Below the pieces are notes generated by a model. That model was not told the origin of the DNA. It made no database searches and saw only the letters and a list, made by a program, of their open reading frames with translations. Shown in pieces: positions 20,847 through 33,992 of a stretch of DNA of 41,294 nucleotides. A program made the translations under genes and the position numbers. The number at the start of each line of letters is the position of its first letter. Position 1 is the first letter of the stretch. This stretch comes from Lama guanicoe (Eukaryota): assembly GCA_013239625.1 (NCBI GenBank), contig MU054323.1:12051815-12093108 (forward strand), given 5' to 3'.

Positions 20847-22933
20847 TGAAACCATAAAGAGTAGAGACAAGGTTTTCCTAGCTCACCACCACCCATTACA
20901 GGTGCTGGAGACAGGGGAGAAACTCCTTCACTGGTAAAGGTCTCAAAGGTCTCACTTAACATTGAAGAGGTATCAGCAGTGAGAAACTTTGGCCTTAAGA
21001 GGATCAGAGCAGGGAGAGTAGAGAATGAAACAGCAAGGGGACTGGTGTGCAGTGGGGCAGAAGCCAGCTTGGAGCCCTTCAGATCTGTCTTCTGAAAAAA
21101 CACAGAGATAGTTTATATCTCTCTCTTTCTTCTTATAGTCCTCACAAAGTGCTTTGTGAACAGAGATCACACAGTGAGCAGAAACCGGGCCTCAGACTAC
21201 AAGAATCTTAAGGAATTCTATAATCCCAAAGGAAATGGAGAGTGTAAAAAAGATCCAGGGAGAGAGAAGAAACAGGCAGTGGGAAGTCAGTGCAATCATA
21301 GCTGTCACATCTGACAACTGACTCCTTGGGGACCAAGATAAAGGTCCCAGGTCCCAGCCTCCATCTGTCAGAAGAAGCAGATGAAACAGAACTTGTGATT
21401 ACTGCCATTCTCCTCCAGAACCCCAGGCCCAGGATGTGCAGAGAAGGGCAAAGGCTGGAGCATTCTTGCAGGATCTACCCAACACTGGGACTTGGCCCTT
21501 TTTCTTTAGGAGAAGCAGGAAGCTTCTAGAAGGCAGTGCTCCTGGGTAGCATGGTAGCTTCCTGGAACATGGAGGGAACATGAACCTGGATGGGAAAGGT
21601 TTTAACCCCCCATAGTGACATCTGTGGGCCCAAGCAGAGTACTGATAGATTTAGGACATGAGCAGGCGAAAAGGATGACAGATCACCCAGAGGAAGGAGT
21701 AACAGGAGTGGACCCCAAGGATGATGAAAACAGAATGGCAACTGAGGTTACCTCAGGGACCAGCCCAAGGCCTCTTAGTCAAATTTCCTATCCTTGCTGT
21801 TCTTGGCTGTCTTCTATACCCAGGTGAGCAGCCAGACCAGACTAGTTAGTGACCTGGCAACTATAATTTTTCAGTCTCGATCACTATCAGTGATTCCACT
21901 TTATAAAAAGTTCCCTATTCATCATCTCTATCTAATCATCACCATTATTCTGAGAATCTCTTATGAAAATAGGAATGAGGGTGATAAGAATCTTCTGAAT
22001 GACCCACACAGCCCCAGTAGCCATGTCCGGGGTGCCAGTTAAGTATTAGCTCCCAGGAAACGTGTGAAGCACCTCGCCTGGAGGCTAAATCAGAGTGCTT
22101 CAATGATGGGTCTGTGAGCAGAGCTTGTGAATTTGTTTAGTTAAAAAAAAAAGAACATCTTTTTCCAAGGCAAAATCTTACCAGCCTCCCATGCCTTTAT
22201 TATTAACAGAGCCCCCATTCAACTGGCCTAAAGAATTCTGGCAACTGAACACTGAGTTGAGATGAAGCCAAGGAAAGAGTCCCAGTCTAGAAGACAAGAA
22301 ACTCAGGTGACAACCAAGGATCTGCTCCTCCCTGACACTTCTGGCAGGACCCCTTCCTTCTATAAAACCCCACGTACTCTCCCAGCCCTGGCATTCCAGA
22401 GTATTATGGCGTGGAATAATACTTGGACTTTTTTTTTTTTTGGCATCCTTCTTTCCAATGGCATAGCCTGTTCAAATGGGCAGTGGTTCTTTTTAGTCAT
22501 GTCCCCTGAGCCTCACCTATCTCTGAGCAAGTTGTGCCTTACTACAAGACTCTCCCACTTCCTGTCCAACATCAGTGTAGCCAGAGTGTTAAGGAAAAGA
22601 AAATATTATCAGACGATAAAAGTGCTTTATTTTATGCTTATCATTTTCATGTAACTGTCTGGACCAGTGATCCCTAATATAGAGTGTTCTTGGGTAATTC
22701 TCTCTTTAATAAGCTTCTGGAATACTCATAGCATTTTGTGGCATTCCAAAATATGTTGTCAGCCTGAGGCTTGTGTCCACCAATGTGTAGAGTGGACTCC
22801 CTTAAAAGATCCACTCTATAATGGAGGGATGGAGGTGACAAGAAGTCCTCCTGCTGGCAAGGTCAGGTACTCATACAAAGTGAGCCTAGTAACCCTGAAA
22901 GTAGGACTCACCAAGGGCAGGAGACGCTCATCA

Positions 22934-23591
22934 CAGGCCCACCCCGAGGCCCAGGCAAGAGGTGGTGCTGCCTTGGGGCTGCCTTTTAGAGGGCCCTTCT
23001 CTGCTCTTCTTGTGGTTATTCCCCTCCCCACTGGGTGAGAAGTCCTCTGGGCCTAAGGAAAGTAACCATTCATAGCCTACTTCACTGCCCCTTTTATAGC
23101 ATGCTCCACACACACCCGGGTTCCTGCCAAATGGCCCCCAGCTCACTTCAAGGCCCAAGCTGGCCATTTTCCTTGGTCTGTTTCTGCAAAGGAGAACTGT
23201 ACTCTTATCATGCCGACCCCTCGGCTCCTCATGTGTGCATCCCAAGGTCCCCTGAGGGCGACTCCTGGGAATAGTGGGCATAGCTGGGACAGGTGGGCTG
23301 CACTGTCCACTCGTCTGACTGAGAGAGGACCATCACAGGGTGAGGCAGAGCTGAGGGTGGGAAGGAGAGATGGACTATGAGGCAGGAGAGGGCAGTTCTC
23401 TGGAGAGTCTGAAAATTATAAATTAAAACCTGGCCTTCAAGGTGCTTATGAAGATGCATTTGTCAAGCGAGGAGCACAGGACCTTTTGATTTAACATTTG
23501 TTAAGCTGGTTTACAATTTTTAAATATGTGAACATTCAGCATATGGGCTTCCATTTATACCCTTGCCCTGCAGATACTGGGAGTGGGTGTG
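22934..23591 (-). mobile_element. MER115/Zaphod-like hAT-Tip100 element
   Basis: Left end CCAGGCAAGAGG...TTTAGAGGGCCC...CCCCTCCCCAC and right end AACCTGGCCTTCAAGGTGCTTATGAAGATGCATTTGTCAAG...ATGGGCTTCCATTTATACCCTTGCCC match the remembered consensus in reverse; ~660 bp. Confidence 0.75.
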
Positions 23592-23904
23592 GAAAGTGAT
23601 GCGCGTGCAACAGTTTTGAGTGTATATATATTATTAAAGAGGAGGGAAAGTACATGATCCATTGCAAAGACTCACGGCTTTAAGGGAAAAGCTGCCCTAA
23701 AATTCAAATCAATGTGAACAGGAAGATTCCAAGGACAGTGAGAAGGCCCCGGACTCCAGCACAGACCACTCTGCCCCAGCACACAGGGCTGTGCCATCAG
23801 GATGCATCCAGACCCGGCCCACCTCCAGTCCCACTCTCAGCCACCTCACCCACACAACCCATCTTTTGGCCATTAGACTATTCCCCAACCCCCGAACGCA
23901 GCAC

Positions 23905-24189
23905 CACACCTCCATGCTTCCCAGGTCGCTCCCTCAGCTTAGAACTCCTTTTCCCCACTTCTCCCCCTAATGAAATCCTTGAAAGCTCAGCTTAAATGCA
24001 ACCAGCTCCTCAAAGCCCACAGCCTCAGACTTTTGTACACAACCACCCTGAGGAAACGTCACTGCTCCGTCATCTACTTCCATGGTGTTGTATGCCTACC
24101 TCTATTACGGCACATAACGCAGAGACCAGCTCCTACTTTTTTGAATCCCTACTAACACACGGTAGAGGTCAATAAATACGCTCAGTGAC
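23905..24189 (+). mobile_element. L2 3' end
   Basis: TCCTTGAAAGCTCAGCTTAAATG...ACACACGGTAGAGGTCAATAAATA. Confidence 0.6.
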
Positions 24190-24339
24190 CTCCACTCAGC
24201 TCTAGAGGGCTGAGGGAAAGGCACCGAGTCTTCTCACACAGTTTGGCTAAGTTGGCTTCCCTCCCAGCCAAAAGAGAAAGTCAGCTTAACCTCAGGCTTA
24301 TTTTCATTGCGACTCTCTCCTCCACCGTCATCACGCACT

Positions 24340-24520
24340 ACGGCTGTATGGCGCCACAGTTCTCTTATGTGCGTCAATGCAAGGTATCCTCATAAGCACT
24401 ACATAAAGCTGTAAGCCCCATTTTCATCTGAAGAGATAGGTTCTGAGCGTGAGCGAGCAGCAGAGTTTGGACTTGAACCACAGGTTTTAAATCCAGGTCC
24501 AGGGCTCCTTCCTCTCTACT
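24340..24520 (-). mobile_element. MIR SINE
   Basis: ATCCTCATAAGCAC...CCCCATTTTCATCTGAAGAGA...GCAGAGTTTGGACTTGAACCACAGG...TCCAGGTCCAGGGCTC. Confidence 0.65.
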
Positions 24521-25799
24521 GGATCCCCAAGATTACAACTTGAACACCCACACTGCTCTCAAGACTGAGAAGTTCATGTAGATCCTGGTAACTGGCCAGT
24601 CCACAGATCTAATCAATATTGGATTTGGACACATGAGGAAGAGTCAGGGAGGAAACCCTTAACATTTATAAAAGAAAATGGCAACAACCAACAATGAAAA
24701 CCCAGGAATCAGAAAGAGAGTTTGGCTTCAGTAAACCCCAGTCACCAGAAACGCTAGCTTATGTGCAATAGGACTTTCCACAAAACAGTGCGTCACACGG
24801 GAGTTACTCATGGTTTGGAACTCTGTCGCGGGGGGTATTGGGTGCTTCCTTGTGAGGAATATTTCAGAATGAGTTTGGAAAGAATGTTTACTGAAGGGAT
24901 GGAAGTGTTCCAGAAATGGATGAGTGAAAGTTATAAGGACACTGAGAAAGGAACTGGTGGGAAAACTGGTCTGGGCAGAGGTTGAGGAAGGAAACCAGGA
25001 AGTGGCTCAAAGAAAGCCAACCCTAGGCAGAGGGAGGGTGAGCTGGGCACATCTGCCCTCTCCTAGGCCTCATGGTTTCCAGTGGTATGATGCCAACCTA
25101 ACTGCACCCAACCAACCGAGTCAGCTCTGGCTGGAAGGGCTCATGTCACAGGCTTGACCTTACAAAAATCCGCAGTAAGCTAAGACAGTCTCTTCTTACC
25201 TCCCTCTGGAAAGGAACAACCCTCCTGCTGCGCTGTCAGACCAGAGCCTCCCTTTTCCTCCAGAAGGTCTCCCCAGGTTTCTCCTGTGCCCCCTCATTAA
25301 GTAAAAGACCCCCACATACAGTCCCTTTCTGCTTGGACACAAGGTGTGGAAGCTGCCATTCGCTTTCACATGGTGTAGGAAGCAGCATGGTGCTGTACTG
25401 AACTGTGCAGGATGAGACCAGGAGTAAGTTAAAGCCCAGCTCCTGCCGGCAATTACCAACACAGCTTTCAAGTGTAAGACTAGGATATGGAGGCAGAGAT
25501 AAACTCCAAGAAACAGTAATTGGCATGGCATCCATTTGCACACAGCCAGCCCCTGCCTTCCCTTTCAATACAGGCCTAGAGATCTAGCCCTCTCCTACCA
25601 GCATCCGCTGAAAGGAAGGGAAAGGTGGGGGAGAAGGGCGGGAAGACCTGCTCGGTACAAAGCTTAACATAATGCAGATCCCAGGAATGAGATTTAGAGA
25701 CGGGAATATTTAGAGATTAGTTACACGCTAGTGGTATGTGCACCATCACTAGTACATAGTCAAAGAGAGAAATAGGGAAGGGGGAAAGGAATTCAAACA

Positions 25800-25985
25800 T
25801 TTGTGCTCAAATCCCACGCTCTCCACGCACTAGCTCTGCACCCGTGGGCGAGACTCCTACGCGCTCTGAACCAAAATCCCCATCTGTCTAATGGAGACAA
25901 TATTTTCCTTACCTGGTGGTTGCAAGGAGAAATGTTTGTTAATTGCCAGGAATAGAGCAAGTATTCAGGAAATGTTTCCTGAAAC
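25800..25985 (+). mobile_element. MIR SINE
   Basis: TCAAATCCCACGCTCTCCACGCACTAGCTCTG...CTCTGAACC...CCCCATCTGTCTAATGGAGACAATA. Confidence 0.7.
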
Positions 25986-26849
25986 AGAAGTTGGAGCTTG
26001 GCAGTATGTCTGCTAGCCTCTCTCCCAAGAACCTCCTACACATGCATCTATCAATAGACTGGTGATGTCAATTAGGCACTTCATGGGGGAAAGGCCCTGA
26101 ATCCCACACTGGGACACACCAGCAACCACCAGGGGGCAGGAAGAGAGCGTGAACGCCTCTTGAGAGCCTGCCTTAGGCCACACTGCTACAGTAAGGTACA
26201 ACATCCCTTCACTTCACGTATGGGGAGCCACGCAAAGATGGGACTAAGTCTCTGACATCCAGGACTTCAGGACCCTTAGGGCTGGTCCTATCCAAGAAAA
26301 TGCTGAGTGGCCCAAAGGCAGCAGTAAGGATTTGGATGAGAGTCAAGGCACATTTGAATAAGATGCAAAAATTTCTTCCAGGCAATCTCATTTTCTCCTT
26401 CTTTACCAAGTCATAAATATCTAATCTTCTTTACATCTTGTTCCTGATTCACTCCATTGCATTTGGACCCAGAAGCATGACTTCTGAAGCCTAAAGAGAT
26501 ATGACTAAGTGATGCATGTATCCGCTGCTCACATTTTCTTGGCAGAATTAGTCATATTGGCCACATCTAACTTTAAGGAAATCAGTCTATGGGTCAGTGT
26601 AGGTTGGGTTAAACTGTAGCAATGAGCAGCCCCCAAACCTCAGTAATTTACAGAAAAAGTGATTTATTTCTCATTTATGTGACTTTAGTAGCACTGTATA
26701 TATAAATATAGAGGGCTATAAAATATAACTTTGTAGGAAGAAATGATACTCCTGCTGTGCTAGGGATTAAGGCAGTAGAGAGAGTTATGAAGAAAAATAA
26801 AATAATTGATCCTGCCCTGGGGTTGGAGAATGTATCATTATCTACATTA

Positions 26850-27700
26850 TATTCAATTTAAAAATTCATTCAACAAATATTTATTGAGTATCTACTATGG
26901 GCCAGGAACTATACCCACTGATACACAGTGGAAAAAACAAACAAACAAACAAATAAACAAAAACGGCCTGATCTCTTTCCTCACAGAGATTAAAAATATT
27001 TAGGAAAAAACTGACATTAAACCAATAAATATACAAATTAATATATATTTACAAACTGGGCTGTTAAAATGAAAACAATGGGCTGTCAAGAGACAGAAAA
27101 GCAGAAAGCTAGTTGTACTGAGGAAGTGATGTTAGAACTGAGTGCTGACTCAGAGTTAGCCAGGCAAAGATTGGTGGAAAGAATGTTCTCTGTGGAGCAA
27201 ACATGTTGTACGAACACCCTGAGATGGAAAAAAAGATAAGTTACTTGAAGCACTGATGGGAGGAGGGAAATCAGTGCAGAGTGAGTGAGTGGAAAAGCAG
27301 TTCAGGGGGAGGTTGGTGTGGAAAGCTAGATCATTCAGGACCTTGAGACCATGGTATGGGTTTTATTGTGTTTTAAGTGAAATAAGCCATTGATAGTTTT
27401 TCATCATGGTGGAGTGCAATTTATGTGTAAGTGTGAGACATTATCCTATATCTATTTATAAATCATTTTTATTGCTACATGGAGAGTGGATTAAATTTGG
27501 GCAGGAGTTGAAACAGGAAAATCAGTTTGGAGGTTGGGCAGGAGTTAAAGGATGATGGTGACTTGGGTTAAATGTCTAGAGACAGATATGGATGCGTCTG
27601 TAATAGCTCAAAAAACGTGTTTTAGAGATAGAATCAGTAGCATTTTGTGATGAATTAAAATGTGTGTTGAGGAAGGCATTAGGAGTGAATGAGAAGAAGG
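26850..27700 (-). mobile_element. L2 (L2a-like) 3' region
   Basis: CATTCAACAAATATTTATTGAGTATCTACTATGGGCCAGG, the reverse L2 3' end, followed by colinear purine-rich L2 sequence. Confidence 0.85.
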
Positions 27701-27789
27701 TAGCAGGAAAGATGGAGCTGGTTCCACCTAAGTGAAGTTTACCAAGATGAAGAATGATGAAGGGGCAGGAATAGATACTACTCCTCAAG

Positions 27790-28200
27790 ATGTTTTTTGT
27801 CTTAGAGTCTATTTTATCTGAAATTAATATCTTGTTACCAGTTTTATTTTATTTAGGACTTGTACATTTTATATTTTTCTATCATTTTTACTTTTAACCT
27901 TCTAATGTCTGTAAGTTTTCATTACCTCTTTTGTAAAAGCACATGGCTGAATTTTGTGTTACTGTTCTCAAAACCATTCTAAATCTATTTTAACTAAAAT
28001 ATTTAAGTCATTACATTTTATTGATTAAATATTTGGGCTTGTTTCTACCATTTTACTTTGTGTTTTCTTTTATAGGATTCTTTTTTTTAAATATTGAGTT
28101 TCTGGCATGTTTATTTTATTTTTCCATTTCTTTCTCTTTTCTAGTTTGGAAGTTTTACACTCCATTTCAATTCTTATAATGGGAGTCCTTGAATGTTGCC
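27790..28200 (-). mobile_element. Old L1M fragment
   Basis: TCTATTTTATCTGAAATTAATAT...CCAGTTTT...ATATTTTTCTATCATTTTTACTTTTAACCT; T-rich antisense L1. Confidence 0.65.
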
Positions 28201-29132
28201 ATTTATAGGTGTTTTTAAAACTTTGCTTTGCTTCACTTTAAATGTTCCATTCTCTTCTAAAATAGCTGTAGTTTTAAAACTTCCACCTTTTCTAAGAACA
28301 ATTGGTCAAAAACCTGGCAATAAAAGTGACAGAACAACAGAACTGTTTTCAAAAAGTGTTTTGTAGGTATGAAATATAAAAAACACTGTATGCAAATTGT
28401 GACTACTTATAAAACAAAAAATATCTAGACTTCAAAATCTTCATAAGGTAAAGACAGAAATGTTGACTTGCAATAAAAAGGAAAATGACCCCCTTTTATC
28501 TGAAAAAAAAATTTTTAAGCTGTAAGGAACTTTTGCAACCTAATCCAAGCTCTTTATTTTAGAGTTGGGGAATATGAAATCCAGAAGGTGGAAATAATTT
28601 GCCCAAAATGTGCATTTGTGGGCATGAGATACACTGTTAGATAATTTCTATTTCTGCAACTGTTCCTGTATGGAGATACAAGTCAAAATTCAAGCATAAA
28701 ATGATAGCTGTAAAGTAAGATCATTCCTTACATCAGCTTCTCCATCCATGCAGGACTAATAGACCACTTATATCAGTCAGGGTAAAGGGGAGCCCTTGGC
28801 AGATTTTTAAATAGTCAGTTGTGGGACAGTTGTTATTGTCACCTGATTGACTTTTATTTGCAGTCCAGGTTGCTGCCATCAGAATGACAGGGGTTGACTT
28901 CATTATCAGCAAAATCCAGACTATTTTCAAGTAGGTGGGTCAGAGGACCTATCCACATGCTAAGAACTTTTTATTTATGTTCTCTTTATTGTACTAATAT
29001 AGCATAACAAATTAATCTCTAACTTCTAATCACAAAGTTCACTAGGTCTATCTATAAAGAATGGAGCTTCCAAAGAAAACCATCCATTACTTTTTAGACA
29101 CATCTCCTATACAGGTTGAAGGAAGATTTAAA

Positions 29133-29387
29133 TAGTGCTTTCCAAGCTGATAGCTTTGCAGAATACCATTTCTAACAGGAGTTTAAGGGAACTCTGGGAA
29201 AAGGTGTTCTAGGGCCAAACACATATGTGAAAATCTGGATTAAACAAAGCTTAAATTTTTCAATGCAGGTTTGTCAGAGACTTTTCTATACCTAATGTGC
29301 TTTGTATTTGGGGGGTTCCCTAGCTGATTCAAACAACAGAATCTTTTTCTCATGAGTACTTTCACGGAACACATGTTGAAGAACATG
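29133..29387 (+). mobile_element. MER103C-like hAT-Charlie MITE
   Basis: CTGGATTAAACAAAG...TGCAGGTTTGTCAGAGACTTT...CTAATGTGC and terminal CACGGAACACATGTTGAAGAACATG. Confidence 0.7.
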
Positions 29388-29439
29388 ATTCAAAGAAATG
29401 CAAAATTTTGCAAACAGCACATCTTTCTCACTAAGCTTT

Positions 29440-29930
29440 GTGTGTGTGTGTGTGTGTCAGAATATACATAACACAAAACTGAATCATTTTTACCATCATA
29501 ATCATTTTTAAAGGTACAGTTCAGTGTCACTAAGTACACTCATAAAGCTGGGCAATTATCATCAACATCCATCCTCAGACCTCTTCTCATCTTTTCACAC
29601 TGAAACTCTGCACCCATTAGACAATAATTCTTCATTCTGCCCTCCCCCAGCCCCTGGCAACCACCATTCTACTTTCTGTCCCTATAAGTTTGACTATTCT
29701 AGGTACCTCATATAAGTGAAATCATGCAGTATATTTGTAACTGGCTTATTTCACTTGGCATAATGTCTTGAAAGTCTATCCATGTTGCAGCATGTGTCAG
29801 AATTTCCCTCCTTTTCAAGGTGAAATAATAGTCCACTGTGTGTATATACTACATTTATTTATCCATTCATCCGTCAATGGACACTTAGGTTGCTTCCACC
29901 TATTGGCTATTGTGAACAACATTGCTGTAA
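29440..29930 (-). mobile_element. L1MB-type 3' end with TSD
   Basis: CCCCCAGCCCCTGGCAACCACCATTCTACTTTCTGTC...TGACTATTCTAGGTACCTCATATAAGTG. TSD CTCAC(T/A)AAGCTTT at 29427-29439 and 29931-29943. Confidence 0.92.
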
Positions 29931-32079
29931 CTCACAAAGCTTTATTTACTATACATTTCACTATGATTCTATTCATGAAGTTGAAAAAAACTAAGTTTGA
30001 AACTTTACCTTCACCCACAGAATCCTTTCTGATGAGTAAGGATTTCTGGCCCTGACTAAGGCTCTTAAAAGCTTTGGATAGCCTACTGTCAAAATTTCCC
30101 CCAGACACTCTATTCCACTCTTTCAGGGGAAGCATTTGGCAGCCACAAAGAATCATCCAGAGAACACATGTAGCTGTCTGACTATTCCTACTCCCCTACT
30201 CAGTGGTCTCTTCAAGAGTTTCTTATGCCACATGACTTCAAACCCAGCTAGGGAGCCCGTAAAAGCCTCCTGTGGGGACCAGGCAGCGAGCTGTGTGACT
30301 TTCCTTGAGGATCATTTCTTTCTAATTGGAAGAAGATATTCTCTCCTCAAGGGAAAGGGCCTTTTGTCAAGCATTTAAAATCCTGCAATTAACTTATTTA
30401 GTGGGACAGAATTTTATTGTTCTCCATCAAAGTTCTTTTAAGACTTAAAATTAACAAAGAGGCGCAATGTGTCTTTCAAAGCCAGAGAAGCATGAATCGG
30501 TATACCTCCTGTTGTGTACAATTAGAAGAAAGTACAGGGATGCTTTTAGCAGGTTTAGCAGGAAAGCATGTTGGTCAGTCAGACAACACAGTGTGGAGGG
30601 GGAAAGAGCCTATGAAATACTAGAAGAAAAGCCTCCCTCTCTGTCTTCTGCAAAGTTAAGTTATTAGCACCTTCCAAGAGGACAAGGGGAATACTAAGAA
30701 GTTACAATTATCTGTCCTAAGGGCAGGACACAAGGGTTAATTACACTGTCTTGTACTCAACACCCTCCTCTTCTTTAAACCAACCTTGAAGCCCCTGACT
30801 ACACTGATGCGGGGTGCCCTGTGCTCTCCAGCACACCCAGATCGCCCGTCATTTAGGATTTAGGTAAAGGTGGGTTGAACTCGATCCTGAGTTTGATGCA
30901 TGCTCGGCACTCTCCTTCTACCACAATCACTGGGGATTCTTAACAGCTTATGTATCCCTCCTGGTCATCGCTTGATCCAAATCCTCCTTTCACAGAATTC
31001 TTGCACACGGTGCCACGCTCCCTCCTGCAGTGTCTTCTCTACTTTGCAACAACCCAAACCTGGAGCTCAGTCCCTTTCCCCTGTTTCTCCAAAGCACCAC
31101 CACATAGGCAGTTATGAAGAGGAGGGTTTTAATGAAGACCCTGGGACACAGGCTGGAACGTCACAGCTGCCACACATTTCCCAGGTTGGATATAGAACCT
31201 CTCACCTGCCTCCCCTCCTCAGCTGTGCTCATCGTGCTGTTGCTTGTACTGCCTCCCAAGACACACTCTCTCTTTCCCTCAGATTACTCCTTGTGTCCTT
31301 GGAGGAAGGAGGAAGATAACAGGGATGGAGGGTGTTCTCACTTTATCCCTCCTTAGATTACCCTTGGTCACTCAAACTTCTCCTTTTATTATTTGTACAC
31401 TAAAGGTTTGGTCTTCTTAGATTGATGTTAGCCAATCCAGAAAATTCTTTGAGGGCTACTCTTTCATGTCAAAACATAGCTTACTGAGATGTTCTGCTAA
31501 ATATAATCATTTCTTTAAGAGCCAAAGTTGACTCTTCACTAATCAATATTAAGCCTACTCCTCCTGATGACAGCTGACCTTTGCTCAGATCTTGCACATT
31601 TTTCTAAAGAGAGTGAACGTTAGACAGAAATTAGAACAAAGTCCTGTTGGAGTCTTTTGCTGGCAAATCGCCTAGAGAGACACAAACCTATGTTCATATT
31701 GCAGTCTCCCCCTTGCCTGCCTGCATGTCTTGTCTCTGTGTCAACACTTCCCAGCCCTCTCTCAGACAGTGACATTTTCCCATCAAGCATGGACTTCTAA
31801 GGGCTACTGACTGAGGGTCCTCATCTCTGTACCTAAGGCAAGGTTAAGATGCCATAAGAAGTGCTAATATTCACAGCTTGAAAACACAAGATTGGCCTGA
31901 AAAAGAAGAGGTGAGGTGCCAAAAACCAAGTCTGGGAATTACAGTAAGCCAAAGGCCCAACCTGGATCTCAGTGTACTCACCAAGGTAAATGCCACATTA
32001 TACTGTGAGGCTGCTTCATGCTGAGTCAACTGGTCTTTCCCAGGCAGCACTCCTTGTGCCTTTCTATGGGTCCCCTTCT

Positions 32080-32620
32080 CCAATTCAGGAAAAGGAAACT
32101 ACTTTGAGAATTTTAAGAAAGAAAGGATTTGATTCAGAGGATTAGTTCTTTTCAAAATCATCAGAAGGGCTTAAGGATCAGGTTCCAGACTGGCCCTTCT
32201 GGAAAAATCCCCAGAAACAGAGAACTGATCCCGCTGTGGGAGCTGTTCCTCTGAGCCTGTCACTGTAGCTATAGAAACAAAAACCCATAACCCTGCCAAC
32301 TACCTCTTACACTCAGAAAATTGGAGAATGGACAGTCCTTGCTATCATCAGGATTAGAAGTCATACCAAGAAGCTGTGGACACTACAACTCTTTCTCTAT
32401 CCTCAGGAAGCTGGAGGCTGGACCCTACAAACATCTATAGGGATGCTGTATGTTTCTACAACTTCTTTCCAGGAAAATGGCCTCCTTTCACCTCTAACTT
32501 ACTAAAAATCATACAAGTGTATCAATTGGTAAGACAAAATTACATCTTGAACTGAGAAATCTGAGAAATGTAGTTTTTAGCCTTCTAGCCTCTCCAGCAA
32601 GAAGAATGCTAAAATGACGA
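32080..32620 (-). mobile_element. Old ERVL-type LTR (LTR33/LTR41-like)
   Basis: CAATTCAGGAAAAGGAAACTAC...AAAGGATTTGATTCAGAGGATTAG and CTGAGAAATGTAGTTTTTAGCCTTCTAGCCTCT motifs. Confidence 0.55.
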
Positions 32621-33349
32621 CCAAGGGACCCAGCACAGAGCATCCAGCACAGACGCCTGTTTTTGGACATATTTCTTCCTCAGCATGCTCTCTGTAAGAT
32701 CTGGCTATTGGCCAAAGAGAAAGTGCATAATCTGTAGCACACATGCTTTTGTCCCCATTCCCCAGGTGAATTTTTCCAAAGTTACTTTTCCAAGTAACTT
32801 AAGTCTATATCTAGTAAGTGAAAAAACTGGAACTTCTGATTCATATTGTTTTTACTCCACCATTCTGATATTCACAAATCTGGATAATTCACTTTTGCAA
32901 AGGGTCTATTCCCTAAACATGAGGTAACCACCGCAGTCAATTACAAGTTTCTATGGAGTCTTGCCTCCTTCTGGTACCACTACATATGTGCAGGATCCAT
33001 GCACAAAGAAATGAATAGACTCTCATCAGTCGCCATAACAATGCTCTGTCTCTCCTATGGACTCAGCTCCCTTGCCTATGCCAAGCCCCACAAGTGTGTC
33101 TCTGACCTTGTTCTCTGATGTCTACTCTGCCCACTCCTTCTGAGTCTCAATCCCTAGAAGTGTTCCCAGCCATCTCATCCCCTGTCTGTTCCCTCCAGCC
33201 TCTATGAAACTTATGTACTGATTTCAGCTTAAGCTTCTGGGTATGTGTTATTTACATACCCCTTCTTAGAATGGCTCCATCCTCATGAGAACTTGACTGG
33301 CCCTTGGTCTTCCCTGTGTGGAGGCTACTTATAAGCCTGGGTGATATCA

Positions 33350-33535
33350 GTAGTATCTGATAAATAGGGTCAGAGATAGGCAGAGGCCAGATCTACATAC
33401 TCTGTGGGTCATGCTAAGAAGTTTGCATTCTATTCTAAAACAAATTCTGTATGTATTTTTAGGGGGATACAAAAATTAAAAGATGGAGGCCAGTTAAAAA
33501 GCTATTGCATCAATTCTGATAAGAAATAATGATAT
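33350..33535 (-). mobile_element. L2 fragment (continues ~34435-34760 and ~35164-35300)
   Basis: TAGGCAGAGGCCAGATC...GGTCATGCTAAGAAGTTTGCATTCTATTCTAA...GGAGGCCAGTTAAAAAGCTATTGCA. Confidence 0.75.
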
Positions 33536-33540
33536 ATATA

Positions 33541-33992
33541 TATAGTGGGTTGAATGGTGCTCCCCCCACCAAAAGATACTGTACACCCTAACCTCTGGAA
33601 CTTGTGAATGTGACCTTGTTTGGAAAAAAAGATCTTTGCACACATAATTAAGGATCTTGAGGTGGGATCATCCTGAATTCTTCAAATGTGCCCTAAATCT
33701 AATGACAAATGTTCTTATAAGAGACAGAAGAGGAGAAGACATAGAGACAGAGGAGAATGCCATGTGAAGATGGAGGCAGAGACTGGAGTGATGGAGCTCC
33801 AAGCTAAGGAACGCCTAGGACCCCCAGAAGCTGGAAGAGGCAAGGAAGGATTTCTCCCTTCAAAGGGAATGTGGTCCTGCCAACACCTTGATTTCAAAGT
33901 TCCGATCTCCAGAACTGAGAAAACAAATGTCTGTTGCTTTAAGCCTCCTAGTGTGTGGTAATTTGACATGGGAACCCAAGGAAACTAATAAA
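33541..33992 (+). mobile_element. MaLR solo LTR (MLT1B/MLT1C-like)
   Basis: TAGTGGGTTGAATGGTG...GTGAATGTGACCTTGTTTGGAAA...CCATGTGAAGATGGAGGCAGAGACTGGAGTGATG...CCAGAAGCTGGAAGAGGCAAGGAAGGA...GGAAACTAATA. Confidence 0.92.

Noticed and set aside
20744..21110. Minus-strand splice acceptor (TTTTTTCAG at ~21092-21100) followed by a 119-aa frame
   Set aside because: The peptide resembles nothing I know and runs into a MIR; no partner exon found. It cannot be supported without RNA data.
22361..22367. TATAAAA as a gene promoter
   Set aside because: Isolated motif with no CpG island or supported downstream exon; expected by chance.
25726..25752. CTAGTG...CACTAG hairpin as a pre-miRNA
   Set aside because: Stem far too short and imperfect; chance level.
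33686..33969. Opposite-strand ORF pair
   Set aside because: Entirely within a non-coding MaLR LTR.
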